A stretch of DNA of 24,000 bases, taken from positions 61,550-85,549 of the forward strand of contig CBIHOQ010000016.1 in the NCBI GenBank assembly GCA_966212065.1, given 5' to 3'. The notes beneath the pieces were generated by a model. The model was not told the DNA's origin, did no database searches, and worked only from the letters and a program-made list of their open reading frames with translations. This DNA comes from an uncultured Burkholderiaceae bacterium. GTDB taxonomy: Bacteria > Pseudomonadota > Gammaproteobacteria > Burkholderiales > Burkholderiaceae. This document shows, in pieces, positions 22,004-24,000 of this stretch; the stretch's first letter is position 1; the number at the start of each line of letters is the position of its first letter. A program made the position numbers and the translations under genes.

Positions 22004-22630
22004 TCATCGATGTTGGGTAGCGACCTTCAATCCCAGCGTTATAAAGATGGTGCCGATGATTTTTCCTTGCCAACGGCTTATCCAAGACAGTCGCCTGACC
22101 ACCCGGCCGAGTGGGCGGATCGAAAGCGCGATAATCGTTGTATACAACGAACTCAACGCGACAAAAATAAGGCCTAGAGCGGCGAACTGGAAAAAGACCG
22201 AACCTCGTTCGGGATGCACAAATTGAGGCATGAAGGCGAGGAAGAATAGGGCGGTCTTAGGATTGAGGACTTCGGCCGGCACGGCCTGCAAGAATGCTTT
22301 TGCAGGCGTCACGGCTGGTGCCTTCGGCAACGAAGCATCGCTCTTCTTTTCAAGGATTGCGCGAATGCCCAGGTAGATTAGATAAGTCGCACCGATGTAC
22401 TTGACCGCGTTAAACGCGAGTGCGGAAGTCATCAGCACCGCCGATAAGCCTACTGCGGCAAAGACGGTGTGCACAAAGTCGCCGGTCGCTATGCCAAGGC
22501 CCGTCATGACTCCAGTTTTGCGGCCAGCCTGGGCAGTACGACTTAGTACGAGAAGCACTGCGGGGCCCGGAATGAGAAACAGCCCAAAAACGACGGCAAC
22601 GAAGGTGCTCAGTGTGGAGAGGTCGAACAT
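22004..22630 (-). CDS. LysE/RhtB-family amino-acid exporter
   Basis: The sequence MFDLSTLSTFVAVVFGLFLIPGPAVLLVLSRTAQAGRKTGVMTGLGIATGDFVH matches the LysE signature, with about six TM segments. ATG 22630 is preceded by AGGAG; the protein is 208 aa. Confidence 0.88.
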   Translation of the reverse strand: MFDLSTLSTFVAVVFGLFLIPGPAVLLVLSRTAQAGRKTGVMTGLGIATGDFVHTVFAAVGLSAVLMTSALAFNAVKYIGATYLIYLGIRAILEKKSDASLPKAPAVTPAKAFLQAVPAEVLNPKTALFFLAFMPQFVHPERGSVFFQFAALGLIFVALSSLYTTIIALSIRPLGRVVRRLSWISRWQGKIIGTIFITLGLKVATQHR

Positions 22631-22933
22631 TGCAACTCCTGCCATAAGTTGTAAGGACCCGACGATTGTCGACGATCAGGGTTGAGATGTCGAATGTCCG
22701 AGCTGCCGCGCCCATGCCGATCGCGCCATCGCCGTGCAACCGATGCACCCGCTCGGTGCAAAACCCTCCTGCCGCGCGGCGGGACCGGTCGCCCACCCGC
22801 GCCCAGCAACGCGCGCGGCGCATCGCAACGGCTTGGCATGGTCCGTGCATTGTCTTCGCCCGGCCCGCGCAACCGTTTGTGCTCGACTGTTTGCGGGACC
22901 CATACGCCACAAGGCCTATCCATCGGGGACTCC

Positions 22934-23740
22934 ATGATTTTCGTTTCGTCGTTTCGCTCCGCCCGCGCGTTCGTCGCGGCATCGCTCGTCGCCGTGACCG
23001 CATGGACCGCCGCCGCGCCCGCTCACGCGGATACGCTGTCTGACATCAAAAAGGCCGGCGTGCTGCGCGTCGCCGTGCCGCAGGACTTTCCGCCGTTCGG
23101 CACGATCGGCCCCGACATGCAGCCGCGCGGCTATGACATCGACACCGGCGCCCTGCTCGCGCGCGGTCTCGGCGTCAAGCTGGAACTCGTGCCGGTGAAG
23201 AGCGACAACCGCGTTCCGTACCTGACGACGGGCAAGGTCGACGTCGTCGTGTCGAGCCTCGGCAAGAGCCCCGATCGCGAGAAGGTGATCGACTTCTCGA
23301 CCGCGTATGCGCCGTTCTATAACGGCGTGTTCGGTCCGGCCGACGCGACGATCGCCGGCGCAGCCGACCTCACGGGCAAGCGCATCGGCGTGACGCGCGG
23401 CGCAGTCGAGGATCTCGCGCTGACCGGCATCGCGCCGCCGTCCGCGACGATCCAGCGCTTCGAGGACAACGACGCGACCATCGCCGCCTATCTGTCGGGG
23501 CAGGTCGACCTGATCGCGACCGGCAACGTGGTGGCCGCGGCCATCAACGGCAAGCATCCGAAGCGCGCGCTCATGACGAAGTTCCTCATCAAGAATTCGC
23601 CGTGCTTCGTCGGCATCAACAAGGGTCAGCCGGCGCTGATGTCGGCGATCAACGGCGTGCTGGCGCAGGCGAAGAAGGGCGGCGATCTCGACGCGATCTC
23701 GCAGAAGTGGCTGCACGAAACGCTGCCGGCCGGGCTGTAA
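22934..23740 (+). CDS. ABC transporter periplasmic substrate-binding protein (family 3, polar amino acids)
   Basis: From ATG 22934, the signal peptide is MIFVSSFRSARAFVAASLVAVTAWTAAAPAHA, with D as the next residue. The mature part has IKKAGVLRVAVPQDFPPFG...YDIDTGALLARGLGVKLELVPV, typical of SBP_bac_3. The track ORF (from 22682) is over-extended. Confidence 0.88.
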   Translation: MIFVSSFRSARAFVAASLVAVTAWTAAAPAHADTLSDIKKAGVLRVAVPQDFPPFGTIGPDMQPRGYDIDTGALLARGLGVKLELVPVKSDNRVPYLTTGKVDVVVSSLGKSPDREKVIDFSTAYAPFYNGVFGPADATIAGAADLTGKRIGVTRGAVEDLALTGIAPPSATIQRFEDNDATIAAYLSGQVDLIATGNVVAAAINGKHPKRALMTKFLIKNSPCFVGINKGQPALMSAINGVLAQAKKGGDLDAISQKWLHETLPAGL

Positions 23741-23765
23741 GAGCCGCCCGGCTTCGGAGAAGCGC

Positions 23766-24000
23766 ATGTCCTATCGTTTTGATTTCGGCGCGCTGCTGCC
23801 ATACGCGCCCCTGTTCGCGAGCGGCGCCGCGTTCACGGTCGCGCTGACGATCGCGGGCACCGTCTGCGGCTTGGCGCTCGGCATCGCCGGCGGCGTATCG
23901 CGCGCGTGGCGCGTGACGCCGCTCGATCGCGTGTTCGGCGTCTACGTCGAGGCGATCCGCAACACGCCGTTCATCGTCCAGTTGTTCTTTGTTTTCTTCG
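23766..24000 (+). CDS. Amino-acid ABC transporter permease (HisM/GlnP-like), 5' part; continues beyond the window end
   Basis: My translation from ATG 23766 reads MSYRFDFGALLPYAPLFASGAAFTVALTIAGTVCGLALGIAGGVSRAWRVTPLDRVFGVYVEAIRNTPFIVQLFFVFF. RNTP..VQLF is characteristic of polar amino-acid permeases. It starts 25 nt downstream of the binding-protein gene. Confidence 0.82.
   Translation, partial: MSYRFDFGALLPYAPLFASGAAFTVALTIAGTVCGLALGIAGGVSRAWRVTPLDRVFGVYVEAIRNTPFIVQLFFVFF

Noticed and set aside
1-24000. Search by eye for CRISPR repeats, tRNA/rRNA/tmRNA, riboswitch-like leaders, IS elements, integrases, toxin-antitoxin pairs and phage-defence gene signatures
   Set aside because: I found no regularly spaced direct repeats, no cloverleaf-like or rRNA-like segments, and no transposase, integrase or nuclease/ATPase defence-type ORFs. 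All sizeable ORFs are accounted for by metabolic, regulatory, transport or metal-stress functions. A covariance-model scan (tRNAscan/Infernal) would be needed to exclude small RNAs.

Overview
High-GC, Burkholderiaceae-like chromosomal segment (taxonomy is a guess from composition and gene content). It carries about 27 protein-coding genes or gene remnants. I recognised no rRNA, tRNA, CRISPR array, IS/transposase or integrase.

Left to right:
1. A minus-strand operon encodes a PLP-dependent Ser/Thr-dehydratase-family enzyme plus a three-subunit HcnABC/opine-oxidase-like flavo-iron-sulfur dehydrogenase. Its last gene runs off the window start. A LysR regulator is divergent from it.
2. A second LysR regulator lies divergent from an ABM monooxygenase-fold gene. 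An Lrp/AsnC regulator lies divergent from a type II HAD (haloacid-dehalogenase-like) hydrolase.
3. An ~849-aa fusion joins an APH/hydroxylysine-kinase-like phosphotransferase to a class-III-aminotransferase-fold domain. Two ATTGT-N3-ACAAT operators precede it and a GntR/FadR regulator follows.
4. The most interesting locus (11.1-15.1 kb) is a bufferin/gig-type RiPP metallophore operon: a secreted Cys-containing DUF2282 precursor, a DUF692 MNIO enzyme, a DUF2063 partner and DoxX. It is divergent from an ECF sigma / NrsF (DUF1109) anti-sigma pair. A GTAACC-N16-CGAA promoter sits in front of the precursor, which carries an unusual Met-rich MxxM tract.
5. chrB-chrA chromate resistance genes follow directly.
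6. A lower-GC stretch (about 17.3-22.6 kb) contains three gene remnants: the N-terminal half of an MFS transporter abutting a 5'-truncated YVTN beta-propeller gene, and an internally deleted hemolysin III gene. It also holds an MHS-family MFS / PAS-LuxR operon, a DsbA/FrnE-like thiol oxidoreductase and a LysE exporter.
7. The window ends with the start of an amino-acid ABC transporter (binding protein and a partial permease).

Many long ORFs in the track are antisense shadow ORFs or 5'-over-extended calls typical of high-GC DNA, and I rejected those.
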